From Curvularia clavata (lineage: Eukaryota), in assembly GCA_023920165.1 (NCBI GenBank), contig CP089278.1, positions 2,852,001-2,916,000 on the forward strand: a stretch of DNA of 64,000 nt, in the 5' to 3' direction. A model generated the notes under the pieces. That model had not been told where the DNA came from. It ran no database searches and saw only the letters and a list, made by a program, of their open reading frames with translations. Below are positions 13,139-25,221 of the stretch, piece by piece; position 1 is the stretch's first letter, and every line of letters begins with the position of its first letter. The translations under genes were made by a program, and so were the position numbers.

Positions 13139-14313
13139 TCATCGACGGAAGACCTTCATGAAGCTTTGGCGCTTGTTGATGCTGGGAACAGCGGGAGCGT
13201 CGGCTGGGATGGGTGGCGGTGTAAGATGTGTGCTACTGGCGTTGGCAGACTTGCTGAAGAGTGAAAGTTTGGGCTCAGATTTCTTGTTGCTCATCTTGCT
13301 GACGGGACGCTCGGCGATACCAACCTCAGCAATGCCGGTCTCATTGACGGCGACTGCAGAATCGAGAGGTCCGGCCGGAGGGATCTCAGCGATGGGAGCG
13401 GGCTTCGGTGCTTGATCAGCCTTGGATGAACCCCGGGAAAGCTGCATGTTGCTCTTGGATTTGCCCATGGAAAACTTGCGCGAGTTCTTTGTGGAGACAC
13501 GCTTGGTGACATTGCTAACACCATTCTCCTCGGCCTGCTGTCGCTCCAGACGTTCAATCTCCCCCAGGATGGTCATGCCGTTGATGGCCAAGCTCTCTTC
13601 TGCGATAGGGACAAACTTGATGATACCTCGGTCTGATGGAACGCCAATCGACTCTGCCATGAATGTTTGGATCAAAGCGGCATTGCGCTTGTTGGTGGTG
13701 GGCTGTACCTGGGCAGGGAGAGCGCTGATGGTGAGAAAGTAGGTGGGTTCAAAGGATCCGCCAAGGAGGAGACATGCTGAATGTTGGACACTGATCATGA
13801 TGGATGCCTCTGGCCTTTGGTAGCGGGTGGAGAGGTGGTGCGAGAGGTCAGTGACTAGTGTGTATTCATCTTTGATCTACGCTGGTTAGCCATTGGGCGA
13901 ATTCTAAGGAAACAAGGACATACGATGACGTTTGTACGCAATTCGGCTACGATGGGAGCATCCTTGGAGATACGTTCGCGAGCAGAAGAGGAGATGATGG
14001 TCTTTTCGGCAAACTGGTCATCGTAGAATTTGGCACGCGCACGCGAAGTCATGGGCCGCAGGGGGCCAGGACCAGGGGCAGGTGTCTCTTGTGAGAATTG
14101 GCGAGGACGCTCTGCAACATCAAGCACGGAGTAGGGCGAGGATGTGAAGGAGAATTGCGAGGCAGCCGGGGATTGTGGACCGGCAGTGTTGTCTGGAACC
14201 AGCAGAGCGGTGCCTGCCTGTTTGGGAAAGGCAGCACCAGATTGTGTTGAGGCGGACGAAGGTCGTGACATTCTGGTTTGAGTAGAGGTGGAGTTGTCGG
14301 CCGAGTGGGGCAT
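13139..14313 (-). CDS. Tautomerase/MIF-domain protein with N- and C-terminal disordered extensions
   Basis: Exon 1 14313-13924, intron 13923-13877, exon 2 13876-13139. Spliced product has a MIF-like core: PIVAELRTNVI|IKDEYTLVTDLSHHLSTRYQRPEASIMISV...LGGSFEPTYFLTI...NKRNAALIQTFMAESIGVPSDRGIIKF. Confidence 0.85.
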
Positions 14314-16151
14314 AGGGAAGTGGCGAGTCAAGGCGGATGGGATGGTACTGGCCAAGATATAGAGTAGAGACGTTGGTACAATCTACAGGCGGGCGGGCGG
14401 ACGGGACAGAGACTTGGTAGCGCTCGCTACGTCAGACAAGATGGCAGTCGAGAAGGGGTGGAGGCGAGTGTTTGAAGAAGCGGAAGTCTGGGGACGCTGG
14501 GGTAGTGATGGGCGGTGCCTGCAATAAAAATGGTTGACGTTGTTGATGACAGGCTAAAGACGCCGCGGAGGGCAAGAAGGAAGTAGCGGTAGAGCAAGGC
14601 AGGTGTAGAGCAGAAGAGCGGTACTGTAGGGAAATGGCGAACCGGTATATGATATAGATAGACACATTGTGCATGCCACAGGATCGGATAGGGCGACAGG
14701 GACAGGGATGGGCGGCGGGCTATCTGGAGCAGCACCAGGGCGCGGACCAGGCGCCGATGGGGTTTTGGTTTGGAATGGCATGGGGTCTGACGTTGGACTT
14801 GGCCAGCCCAAGGCGTTATCAGCACAGCGAGCGAGACCAGTAAGCAAGCCACAGGCGCACTTGCCAGCTGCACTCACCGCGCTTTCCCTTTGTGCGCGAC
14901 GCCACTGCCCCTCGTGTGTGTGCGCTCTGCGCATCCTCCGAGTCTGCTAGCACCGGCCGGTCAGTTTGACGCTGGGCACTGTGGGCTGCTGCGCTAGGCG
15001 AAGAGGCCATTGGGGGCCGCTTCAGAGAGGACGAGATACGCTCGGGTCTCGACCATGGGCCGTTGTGCCCATGGCCGTGACCACGTACACACCACATGCC
15101 CACACGTCGGCCTCTCGACATGCCCAGATGCCGCCCCGCGGGAGCTATCCGATCTGCCCTTGCCGCTTCGGGCCAGCCATGTGCCCGTTTGGGTAAGGCC
15201 CTGGCCTAAGCCCGCCGCAAGCGGTACCTTGTCCGCCACTCGTTGGCCATGAATAGATGAGTGCCTATACCGCGTCCAGCCTTACAGACGACTCCGTCTG
15301 GCCTCGCCAACAGCGAGCCGCTTGTTCCTCCTCCATCGTCCGACTTTGAGCGCTTCGAGCCCACCCCGAGTGACATGCCGCTAGTCCCCCCCAGCGCCCA
15401 CACGCTGCTCGCCTTGGGCGTGCCAATCTCCTTTGTTTGGCTGTGTGCGACGTGTCAGGTCTCTGTGTCCTTGCCATGTTTCCTTGAAACGACTCCCCGT
15501 CTCACTAATTCCTATATCCAAGTACGACTGTTTCCTTTGGGTCGCACGGTGCTGTTGCCCATGGACCTCCGTCCACATCATCGGTACCGTCGCTCTCAAT
15601 ACGACTTGAACGATGCGACCGTGCCGCCTGTTCCCAGCAATCTCCGCCTGCCGTCAAGCTTTCAAAAGCACCGTACATTGCTTGGTGCAGGGATACCAAG
15701 CATCCACCATTCGTGTAATTGTGCACCCACTAGTGGCTCAACCACTAAAACCGCAAAATCAAGACCATGCCACCTACTAGGACAGGCTATGAACACAGTA
15801 ACAAAAACCTACAGCAAAAACTGCTGCTTTTTCAAGTGCAATCGAAATCGCTAAGAAGACAGCAATGATAATTATCGCGACTTTCAATAGTCGTGAGTAC
15901 CAAAAAAACACAGTTCGCAGACAATAGACAAACTACATCTACGTTAGACTCAGCCCAACGCCATTGTGCCTCCAAAACGGCACGTAATCCCTCCGCGATT
16001 CTAGCTAATAAATGTATTCTGCAAGACATTGCACGACGCAACTTGTGGCCACGACGCGCACGTGATAGCGCGTGCGCGCCTCCGCTCGTGCACAACGCAA
16101 CCATCTACACTTCCCCTCCCCAACCTGACCCACCTCTCTAGACAGCCCGCC

Positions 16152-16742
16152 ATGCCCCCCAAGAATGCAGGCGCCAATGTCGCACGAAGAAAGGGACCAT
16201 CTTTTAACCCTCCTCGCCCTGTAAACGCCGCTCCCCAGCCATCCACAACCACAAAACGCGCTCCTGCACCGGCCACATCCCGCCCCACGGCCGCCGCGAG
16301 CAGCAAGAGCACTGCGACCGCGTCAAAAAATGCCTTTCGTCCTGCAGCCCACGTCATTGATCTCTCCGATGACGAGCCCGACGACCAACTCGCAGACGAC
16401 ATCGATAGCGACGACTTTGATTCCATAATGCAAGACGTCGCCCTTCCTACTGAACCAAGCCGCTCCAAACCCCCACCAGCCAAATCCCCTTTATCAGAAC
16501 CTGTAATACCTCGCCCGCTACTCGCTCGCCTGCTCCTCGAGAACTTTGACGATCCCGATGTGCAGATCCAGACGGGCGCAATGAAATTGGTGGGCAAATA
16601 CATGGACATCTTTGTCACCGAGGCCTTTTTGAGGAGCAAGGACGAACGAAAGACTGCTGCAAAGAATGGCGGCATGGTCGATGGCTTCTTGCAGGTCGAG
16701 GATCTAGAGAGACTGGCGCCCCAGCTTGTGCTCGACTTTTGA
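16152..16742 (+). CDS. MHF2: CENP-X / MHF2 histone-fold protein
   Basis: C-terminal histone fold IPRPLLARLLLENF...AMKLVGKYMDIFVTEAFLRS...LQVEDLERLAPQLVLDF, ending in the characteristic QLxLDF. Confidence 0.9.
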   Translation: MPPKNAGANVARRKGPSFNPPRPVNAAPQPSTTTKRAPAPATSRPTAAASSKSTATASKNAFRPAAHVIDLSDDEPDDQLADDIDSDDFDSIMQDVALPTEPSRSKPPPAKSPLSEPVIPRPLLARLLLENFDDPDVQIQTGAMKLVGKYMDIFVTEAFLRSKDERKTAAKNGGMVDGFLQVEDLERLAPQLVLDF

Positions 16743-18025
16743 GTATCCAACTGCTTAGTTACCAAGACCAATGCACTTGGACACGACACTATACGCACCA
16801 GCCGATTTGTATACATGTACAACGCTAGACGGTTTGCCGAGACGAGTCAGTGCCAGAGTCCGCAGTGATACCAAATGTGGAGTAGCATCTCCAGCAGAAA
16901 CCCGAGGCCCGCACGTGGACACGTACTATGTACGTCCTTCGGGAACTCTTGTTTGCGATCTTCAACCCAGTATGTTTGGACACATTGAATACAGAAGCAT
17001 CAGGGGCTCTGAAACTCGCCCAGGTATATAGCCAACATGGCGTCGATGCATCAGAGATACCGCGCCATTCGCCATACAGCAGCCCAAATGCATTCACAAC
17101 AAGACTCACAATTATGACCACCTATATATAGCGCCAGCGCAGGTCTGCCTCCTAGCAAGCAAATCAAGAACGCAGCATTTTGACGTGTTTGAAACATTTC
17201 GTAACCATTTCTCAGTCCCCTCATCTTGCAACCCCATCCTGTGTACGCGGCCTGCAGGCAGTCTGATGCGCAATCTCGCAAACAGAACATCCGGCAGCCT
17301 GCCTTGGTCGGTTTAATGACTGCCGTGGTGATGCGTAGCCTGAAGTATGCCAGGCCCAATGCTCAAACACAGACGGAACGTGGAGCGCGTCACATTGTCA
17401 ACATCCTGGTCAAGTTCCCCAGACCACCAACTTGACACCACCGTTTACCACACGACATCCACCGAACTGGTGTGCGTGTACGTCAGTTTCTTCAGACCCT
17501 GCTGCTCACACAATACGTTCTTTTTTTTTCTCGCCACATTGTTGCAATAATAATCAACGCAGCTCTATCCAGCCGGGTGTCGTATGCTCTTAATGCACCT
17601 GTTAAGCCTCATCTGCAGGGTCTCTGCTGAGCCATGAGGCTGAAGCACAATGCGCCTCCAACGTGTCGCAACCCCAACCTCACGTATCGGAATACCCGTT
17701 AACCGCCATGCTACCGGATGACAAACTTTTCATGCCTTAAGATGGCCCTGCATCCTTCTCCTCAGGCCTCTGTTTTCTTCTCATTCCTACATCTCCAGTT
17801 TCTTCGTCCTTTGTTGTGGGTTTCCTTGCATCTTCTTTTCTTACCCAACCTTTACGGTCTTTTACCTTTATCTCCTAATTTACCTGTTGGCTAGCCCAAC
17901 GGTTATCTTCACGAATCCAGAGCGCTAGTCGCCGTATCTTCTCTTGACGAGACCTCCAAAAGAAAGCAACCCAAATCGCCATCTAATACCAAACCGCAAA
18001 TCAGAAAACGACCGCCTCTTTCAAA

Positions 18026-18879
18026 ATGTTCTTCTCAAAAGCAACCATTATTTCGGCCATCTTCGGTCTCGCATTCGCTCAAGCGCCAGGAGGAGGAATG
18101 GGAATGGTCAAGGTGCACACTGTCCAGGTTGGAGGACCCAATGGTTCTCTGGCTTTCTTCCCTAACAATGTCGTTGCGCAACCGGGCGACATGGTTCAGT
18201 TCCAATTCCACCCAAAGGTATGTCTGGCTGTGTGCTCCTGATTGCCTTGATCCTAACCGTGCTCGCAGAACCACTCCGTCGTCCAGTCCACCTTTGACAA
18301 TCCATGCATACCCATCCAAAACGTAATGCCCAACAAGACCGACGCCTTCTTCTCCGGCTTCATGCCCACCAACGCTTCTTTTACCGCAAAGAATCAGGTC
18401 ATGACATATACAATCCGTGTCACCGACACGAAGCCCATCTGGTACTACTGCTCTCAGGGCAAGCATTGCCAGGCTGGTATGGTTGGAGCCATCAACGCGT
18501 AAGTCATTCCGCCTTCCAGTTCAATGCATAATGAACAAAAGACTAACTTTAATCTTACAGCCCTCAATCCGGTAACAAGACCATGCAAGCATTCACCGCC
18601 CTCGCTGCCCAGGCCACAGAAAACCTGTCCCCCGGCCAGGGTGCTGGCTCCGGTGGCTCAGCCGGCGGCTCAAACGGCGGCGTCGGCAACACACCCACCT
18701 CCCCTACTTCTGGCAACGGCGCCGACGCTGGCGGAGCTGGTGGTGCTGGTGGTTCTGCTAGCGGCAGCGGAACCAGCGGTGCGCCTGCCCAAGCTACCGG
18801 CGCTGCATCTACTCTCAGCTCGCAATCATTCGTCGGTGTCGCCGCTGCCGTTGTTGCTATGGCCTTTGGCGCCATGTAA
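18026..18879 (+). CDS. Secreted GPI-anchored cupredoxin-like (extracellular serine-rich) protein
   Basis: Exons 18026-18217, 18269-18498, 18561-18879. Signal peptide, VHTVQVGG...F.P..V.A.PGD.V.FQF.PKNHSV, WYYCSQGKHCQAGMVGAIN (H/C/H/M copper ligands), Gly/Ser linker and hydrophobic GPI signal. Confidence 0.9.
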
Positions 18880-20097
18880 AACCTTTGAAGCATTTCCAAG
18901 CACCGAATTATTAGGGATGATGCATGGGTAGGGGCAAACATATGATACCAATTTCTTCTGATGAACTGAGCTGGCTTTAGTGAGAGATACAAACTCAGAT
19001 TTTGCAATGTTTTTTCTTTTGTTGGTCTAGACAGGCCTTTGTAGTTTAAATAATATATCATGCATGCATATTGCAAAGTCATCTTCATTGCCAAAAACGT
19101 GTGTCAATGTTGCGATTTTCGGTGGGAGAGTGAAAGCGTGCTTTTGCTAATCTGCATATGTATGGCAGTGTGGTAGAGGTTATTGAACAAGTGCTAGAGA
19201 CACTTAGCATAGTAGAGAGTATTGTATACGCCATATTCTACTTCTGGAGGTGCGAGCAAAGCACGCGAGTGCGCCATCTCCAAAAAGAAAAGCAGTCGAA
19301 GTATGGGTGTAGAAGATGAATACTTATATATTCAGTTTCGAAATCACCATTCTCGAAACGCTGCCCAGAGAGTGGAAGTAAATGGCGATGTGCTCGGGCT
19401 GCATAATGATAACCTGTTGGCTGGAATACTACAGTAGTAGTAGTAGTTATTTCCCCGTACTCTAACATCACGACCTGGGCTGAAGCTGTCAGGCTGAAGA
19501 GGAACTTATATGCTTCTGCGGCCAAGTCGCGAATCTGCCAGTTGTGTATACAGGCGGAACGTGGTCACTCTTGAAGACGACCGACTAGACATGTAGGATA
19601 TTGAATAGCGAGAAGAAAAAATCTGAACCTATCTTTTAAAGGTTGGTTGGTCTGCTGGTGTGAAATTTTTGAATTCTTGAGGCCGTCTGCGCACACGAGG
19701 CATACTCGGCAACAGCCATTCCAAAATCATCGCTTTACTAGCATGCATTCAGTCCTTATTCAAGAGCAGATAAATAAACTCACTTTATTCGCCTAGGTAA
19801 ATCGGATCTAACAAAAACATATGCTGAGCCCCTGTCTCTACATGCAAGTCCAAGGCGGATAAAGCATACACTCTCCCTCACTAAGCCCGAAGTAGAAGAC
19901 TTTGTGCGGGGTCGGCAACAGTGACGTAGATTAGACGTGTAAGCAATCTACCAAATGAAATCCATTGATTCTTCGCCGAGTATCTTATTGCATCTTCCAC
20001 CTTCAAGCTATATACAGTCTTTGACGTATTGAAAGCACTCATGGCGTCAGTTGCGCAGTGTACTTCAGATTAGCTAATCCATTAAATCCAATTTATC

Positions 20098-20682
20098 ATG
20101 GCCCTTGAACGCCTCGCCAAAGAGCACACCTACCTTCAACGTGACCCTCTCCCGACATGTTCTGCCGGTCCTGCTTCAACCGACAACCCGCTCCACTGGA
20201 TCGGACACATCACTGGGCCCCCAGATACACCTTACGCACAGCAAACGTTCCCCATAGCAATATATTTTCCAGAAGAATACCCTATGAAACCCTTCAAACT
20301 CATCTTTACTACCCCCGTGTCTCACCCTAGCGTCTCTGACGAGGGAGAAGCGCGGCTACCTGAGCTGGAGGCGAGAAATTGGTCGCCAGTTCTCACGGTG
20401 CGCAGTATCCTCGTCTGCCTCCAGGCGTTTCTTTCGGATCCAGATTCTTCAGAAAGCGCAGTGGATAGCGAAGTTGAGAAGAAGAGCAAGTACCCACAAC
20501 GCGATGGTAGTGCCGACACCGCTGCGAGACACGTAGAGCCGACTCACCGCGGCAGGAAAATTGCAGGCAAAAAATACGGTATGGACATGAGAACACCCGA
20601 GTTTGCGGTGTACGAGAAACTACCTGAAGCAGAGAAGGACGCCTTCTTTATCTTGCATGCAGATGTAATTCGCGAGGCATAG
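20098..20682 (+). CDS. Ubc4/UbcH5-like E2-fold protein lacking the catalytic cysteine (pseudo-E2/UEV)
   Basis: MALERLAKE...CSAGP...HW...I.GPPDTPY....F...I.FP..YP.KP.K..FTT..HPS..WSP.LT aligns to Ubc4. HPN is HPS and the active-site Cys position is Arg (CGG 20353-20355). Intronless. Confidence 0.85.
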   Translation: MALERLAKEHTYLQRDPLPTCSAGPASTDNPLHWIGHITGPPDTPYAQQTFPIAIYFPEEYPMKPFKLIFTTPVSHPSVSDEGEARLPELEARNWSPVLTVRSILVCLQAFLSDPDSSESAVDSEVEKKSKYPQRDGSADTAARHVEPTHRGRKIAGKKYGMDMRTPEFAVYEKLPEAEKDAFFILHADVIREA

Positions 20683-21319
20683 GTAGCTACTGTCACTATT
20701 CCTCGCTCACTTCCCAAGAGGGTAAAGAAAAGGCAAAAAAGAGCAGGAAATCAACCAAACCTTACTCCTCTCAGCTTCTGTTGCTCTAGCAACTGCCCGA
20801 TTTCGGACAGCTGCCCTCCTAGTTTGCAACCCTATTTGTTGGGGCACTAAGATGCTAATGGGTCTATGGGAAACTAAGAACCCACTCAGTATTTAGAATG
20901 CTCCCATGTAAAAGGAATTTGGTGAGACAAGGGAAATGAGGTGCGGTGTGGTTGTGGGGGACAGCCGTTTGCGTTTGCTTCGTGCGTGTGGCGTGGTGAT
21001 GTGGGTAGCACTGTGAATGACAGGGTGTTTGGGCTAGGTATCTGGGGCAGATACGGCATTTCGAAGCCTCGCAAAGATATTGATTGCTGGAAAGGATCGC
21101 AGTAAGGCTTTCGAATTGATATGCAGCGGGCATGTCGCAAAATAATCGCTTATAACACTGCAGTGTGATATACAGTGGCCCAGCATTGCAGAATATAGTG
21201 TATGCAATAGCTGTAACGGTTGAACTCACCATGTGACAGCTAAGCTACTATCCGCCTCTTGTGTGATTCTAAAGACACCGAAAGACAGGATCTTTTTTGC
21301 TAAAACAAATTATACCACC

Positions 21320-21665
21320 TTATTGCTGTCCTCATCACCATCCTTATCACCGTCTTCGTCGCCACTGCCGTCGCCATCTACGTCTCCGTCTCAGTAACAG
21401 TCTCCATCGTAATATTCATCGCCATCTCTCTAGTTGCCTTTGAAATTGTCTCTATCTATCACCATTTTCGTTGCCATCTTCGATGAAATGACTTCGATCG
21501 GATCAGGAGTGGATGTTGGCTGGCAAATTTCCCGCTCCACTGCCTTAGGACTAGTTGCTAGACAATGGATAATCTACTTGAGCATGGCATTGACTTTCTC
21601 GAGTTCAGTGCTGCGACTGATGAGCACGCAGCGACCCAGTTTCTCTGGTGTCGTTGCTGCTGCAT
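21320..21665 (-). pseudogene. Decayed reading frame with an acidic D/G-rich tail
   Basis: One minus frame reads AAATTPEKLGRCVLISRSTELEKVNAMLK*IIHCL...FKGN*RDGDEYYDGDCY*DGDVDGDGSGDEDGDKDGDED, with stops at 21576-21574 (TAG), 21432-21430 (TAG) and 21393-21391 (TGA). Confidence 0.45.
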
Positions 21666-22051
21666 GATACTATACCGGTTATGATCTGAGTAAAGTTGAA
21701 GTTTCTACTGTCTTTCACATATAATATTTGACAGCTGTCTACATTTGATATAGTAGCATTTAAGAAAACCCCCTGTGGAGATCTCGTATGGCTTCCAAGT
21801 AAAGGTCGAGGCACGGCTATAGTCTACTCAATATGGCTTAGTGTTGTGAGATTGGCAGTCACGGAGCCGTTTGTGTTCTAGCGGCGGTGAGAAGGCGGCA
21901 GATAGCCTTCACCTTGCTGCCTTACTGGGCGCATCGAGAGTCCTGCCACGTGACGGACAAACGCACTAGCCTTTGCTCCATAGTATATAAACGAGTACCA
22001 CCACATGTTACTCTTGCCTTTACCTCTACTCCGCCTCTCAACCTTTGCTTC

Positions 22052-22099
22052 CTATATCACCTTCACCTCTACCTCTTGTATAACCTTCACCTCTATACT
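22052..22099 (-). repeat. 24-bp tandem duplication (IEVKVIQE / VEVKVI*E)
   Basis: On the plus strand, tatcaccttcacctcta recurs 24 nt later as tataaccttcacctcta. Confidence 0.7.
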
Positions 22100-22176
22100 C
22101 TCTAAAGCTTCTGAAAAGCACTCAACCCTCTACTTATACAGTATCAAGGGTGCTTAGCAGTATATGCTTGAATAGC

Positions 22177-24475
22177 GTAAGTACCTCGAAGCCCGATTGC
22201 CTGCTCGTCTTAGCTAACTCTTAGCAAGTCAATATGGACAAAGATCGCACGCTCAACCTGAACTTTGCCTGGCAGTTTCAAGCTCAGAGCATCTCTCCCG
22301 GCCATCATCAGCGTCTCACTGTATATAAGGATGACGATGAGGCGCATCTTGCTGCATACACCTTCCGCTGGCGCGATAGAGTCCCAAGTGTCTATCAGTT
22401 TTCGGGCATGGGCGCCCAGTGTGGCTAAACTATAGCTCTTCTCGCAAATAGAGGGAAGGGAAGTCGTGGCACCGAATGGCAGAGATGATTTACAGCGTGT
22501 ATTGGACGGCACCGCTGCTCCCACTACGCGGTTTTGAAGGACAATAGACATATCTCTACTGTATCGAGGGACCGCTCTATCAGCTTTCACGGAAGCTGGT
22601 GACGGGTTACTGCTAGGACCCCAATACACTGTCTACGAGCAACAGCAACAGATTGATCGAAATGACCTCGATCTGAATTCGCTGTTTGTTGTGCCAGATA
22701 CAAACGACTCTGACGACTCTGACGACCAATATATATATTTCGAGAACCATTTGTATCATGGCCCTTCACAAAAACACGGAAGTTCCGAATTCTCCCAATG
22801 GCTCACTGGATTGGTGATGTACCAATATCTGCGCATCTTACCAGAATCTGGACACACAGCACCATACCCAGACCTCACACCAAACCCTCATGAATACCAA
22901 TACAGAGGTTTGAGCGTTATAGAGAAGGCCTGATATGGTCCTTTAAAGGGTATCTTGATCGCCATACCTCCACGGACGCCTCCTCCTGAATGTCAGGAGA
23001 TAGGTAGTGCCGACATCACTGTCTAACAAACCCGGTTCCTCGCCGAAATACGAAACCAGATCTACAATACAGCGATATTTCCAGAAGATAAATCCCAAGT
23101 CCAACAAATATACAAGATAGTAAATCAGAATAGTTCTATTACTAAGATAGACACTGTCCACTACCCAGACTATGTCACCGACGATGGAGCAAGCGAACTT
23201 TTCCAGAACTCTCTTCTTCGCGTACCTGAGCTTAAAGATGAAGTCTTAAGCTTAGTAACGCCTATGATTTTGTTTGTTTTCAAAACACCACATAGTTTAC
23301 AAACGTTTCTCCAAACGTTTGTAGCTCACGCCTCTGTCTGCAAAAAGCCAATTCTATTGAATATCAAATTCGATATTAGCAGAGCTTTAAAAGAAAGAGA
23401 CAAGAAATTTGATGTTTGGAAGACTAGTAGTCTTCCACATGGACGGAACATCAACGCATATAGCGTTTTTGAGGAATGGATGTTGGCAGTTAAAGATCTA
23501 CCACCTTTGACAACTATACATCTTGTTTTTTCTGGTATATGGAGAGACTTCCGTAGTCTCAGAGCACTATCACAAAAGAGCAGTCTCTGCCATTACTCTA
23601 TCAGATTCCAATTCCTATCTGAAAGTCTACCATACAACAACTTTTTCATCGCCCAGACGATCGCAGCGGTGATGGACATCGAGGTCTCAGAGCAGTGGGA
23701 CATACCTGCGAACACAAGGAAAGAGCTGGTCCAGAACGGCTGCATAGGCTTCAATTCTAGACGGCATTTGTTATGGCACTGCCAGACCAATACTCCTCCT
23801 TTGGGACTCGCACCTTGACCAGGCCTGGAATACTTACCTGCTCCATACTTCTGATAGCAATTATCATACTTACTGTTTGTCCGCGCTTTGGTTACTTTGC
23901 CATGGGCCACTGCGGCCATAGCACACTACGCAAAGTATGCCCATAAGTGGGATAATACCGCGTTTAAACACGTTGACCTGCACAAGGCGATAAAGACGGA
24001 TTTGGGGGCGGATACAATCTAAGGAACCGTCTCACTCGACGACCTAAAATTAAACCAAAACACCTGGTCACAGCAGGATGGACAAAAGAAGGCAGTATGG
24101 TCATCAAGGTGCGGGCCCGAGATGTAACCGGCGCGCGACTGCTCTCCTGGGCCAACATAGGCCAAAGCTCTATGAGATTAGAGGATATCACAACTCTGGG
24201 ATGTTTTCTATCTTTTTTCCGACCATTCTACCAGGGTCCGAAACATCGCAGTCCCAATCTTGGATTTCAGTACGATAAAAAATTATCCCGAATGGTTAGA
24301 GGCTTCATTCCTGAGTCACATAAGAGCTGGACCTACATTCGCTGGGAGGAGTTGTCATCACTTGGGTACCTATTCCCATATCCTTTTTTCTGCACTTGCG
24401 AAGCACGGAAGCATCAAGATTCGCTGGGACGAGATCCCCTTTGATGCTTGTTGTCACGGGACGTCGCACACATGA
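22177..24475 (+). pseudogene. Long pseudogene with an LxEIRNxIY (F-box-like/2EXR-type) motif
   Basis: One frame from 22262 to 23818 (~519 codons) has only four internal stops (22433 TAG, 22535 TGA, 22931 TGA, 23024 TAA) and contains FLAEIRNQIY. An intron-like gtaagt...gctaac...ag lies at ~22177-22228. The same frame stays protein-like, with more stops, to ~24475. Confidence 0.6.
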
Positions 24476-24609
24476 CCATGGATATACCCCAGGGAAGTGC
24501 CTCCCTCTGCCTCTAATTAGCTTCAGTCTACAATTGTATTCATAATCGTATTCTGGGTGCCTTAGACCGTCTTCCCGTGACAATTGATAACTGCTCATCG
24601 GTTTCCACC

Positions 24610-25221
24610 ATGTCCACCAGCAACCCCAACACGGAAGACATCACATCGGACAAGACGGTGGCTCAGCGGGAAAGCCAAACGAGCTAAAAAGCATCGCCCC
24701 CGACAGCGACGACATCAGCGACAGTGTCCCGGGCGGCATTGTCATTTCCAAGCAGGCCGATACCCTGATGAACTACCATCGAAGCAGTACGGTCCATGGC
24801 AGTGATAGCAGGAGATTTACCAGTCCTGAAAGTAGGTAGTAAGATAGTCGAGGCCATGGGATGGGACAACTACAAGGGCCTACGCCCGCGACATATCCAA
24901 TGAAGTAGTGGCGATTGAACACCTCCATGGTGTAAGATTTTTGATACAGTGAAGTCGTTCACATGACACTGGGGCAACTTCAAAGGTATGAAAAAGTACC
25001 GGGTAGCAGGTAGTCGTTTGCGCCGAATAACATGTAATATGATATTACACAGTACATCCCGAGCAAAACGTCTTCTGTTCTTAGCTACACAACCGAGAAA
25101 CCCTCCCACTCAGACTTTGACGCACCCTCCCATCACAATCACTTCCAAAACCCCCCAAAAAACATGCACAACGAAGCAAAAACATACGACAGCGGGGATT
25201 CGCCAGTGGTCACCCACCTAA
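24610..25221 (+). pseudogene. Decayed ORF
   Basis: ccaccATGTCC start at 24610 (MSTSNPNTEDITSDKTVAQRESQTS*KASPP...) continues in the same frame as the 24988-25221 ORF, with several stops. Confidence 0.35.

Noticed and set aside
17605..17641. AGCCTCAT/ATGAGGCT inverted repeat upstream of the cupredoxin gene
   Set aside because: Short, with no recognisable RNA family motif, so not distinguishable from chance.
18958..18990. CTGATGA-stem-GAGA as a hammerhead ribozyme core
   Set aside because: It has GAGA rather than GAAA, a weak stem II and no stems I/III.
20041..20103. ATGGC|gtcagt...gctaat upstream of the pseudo-E2 as a first exon and intron
   Set aside because: No AG acceptor gives the right frame. 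Read through, it is only a 10-codon ORF ending in TAG.
23945..23965. ggataataccgcg resembling the TPP riboswitch P5 loop
   Set aside because: No upstream CTGAGA or P4 elements, and no thiamine gene nearby.
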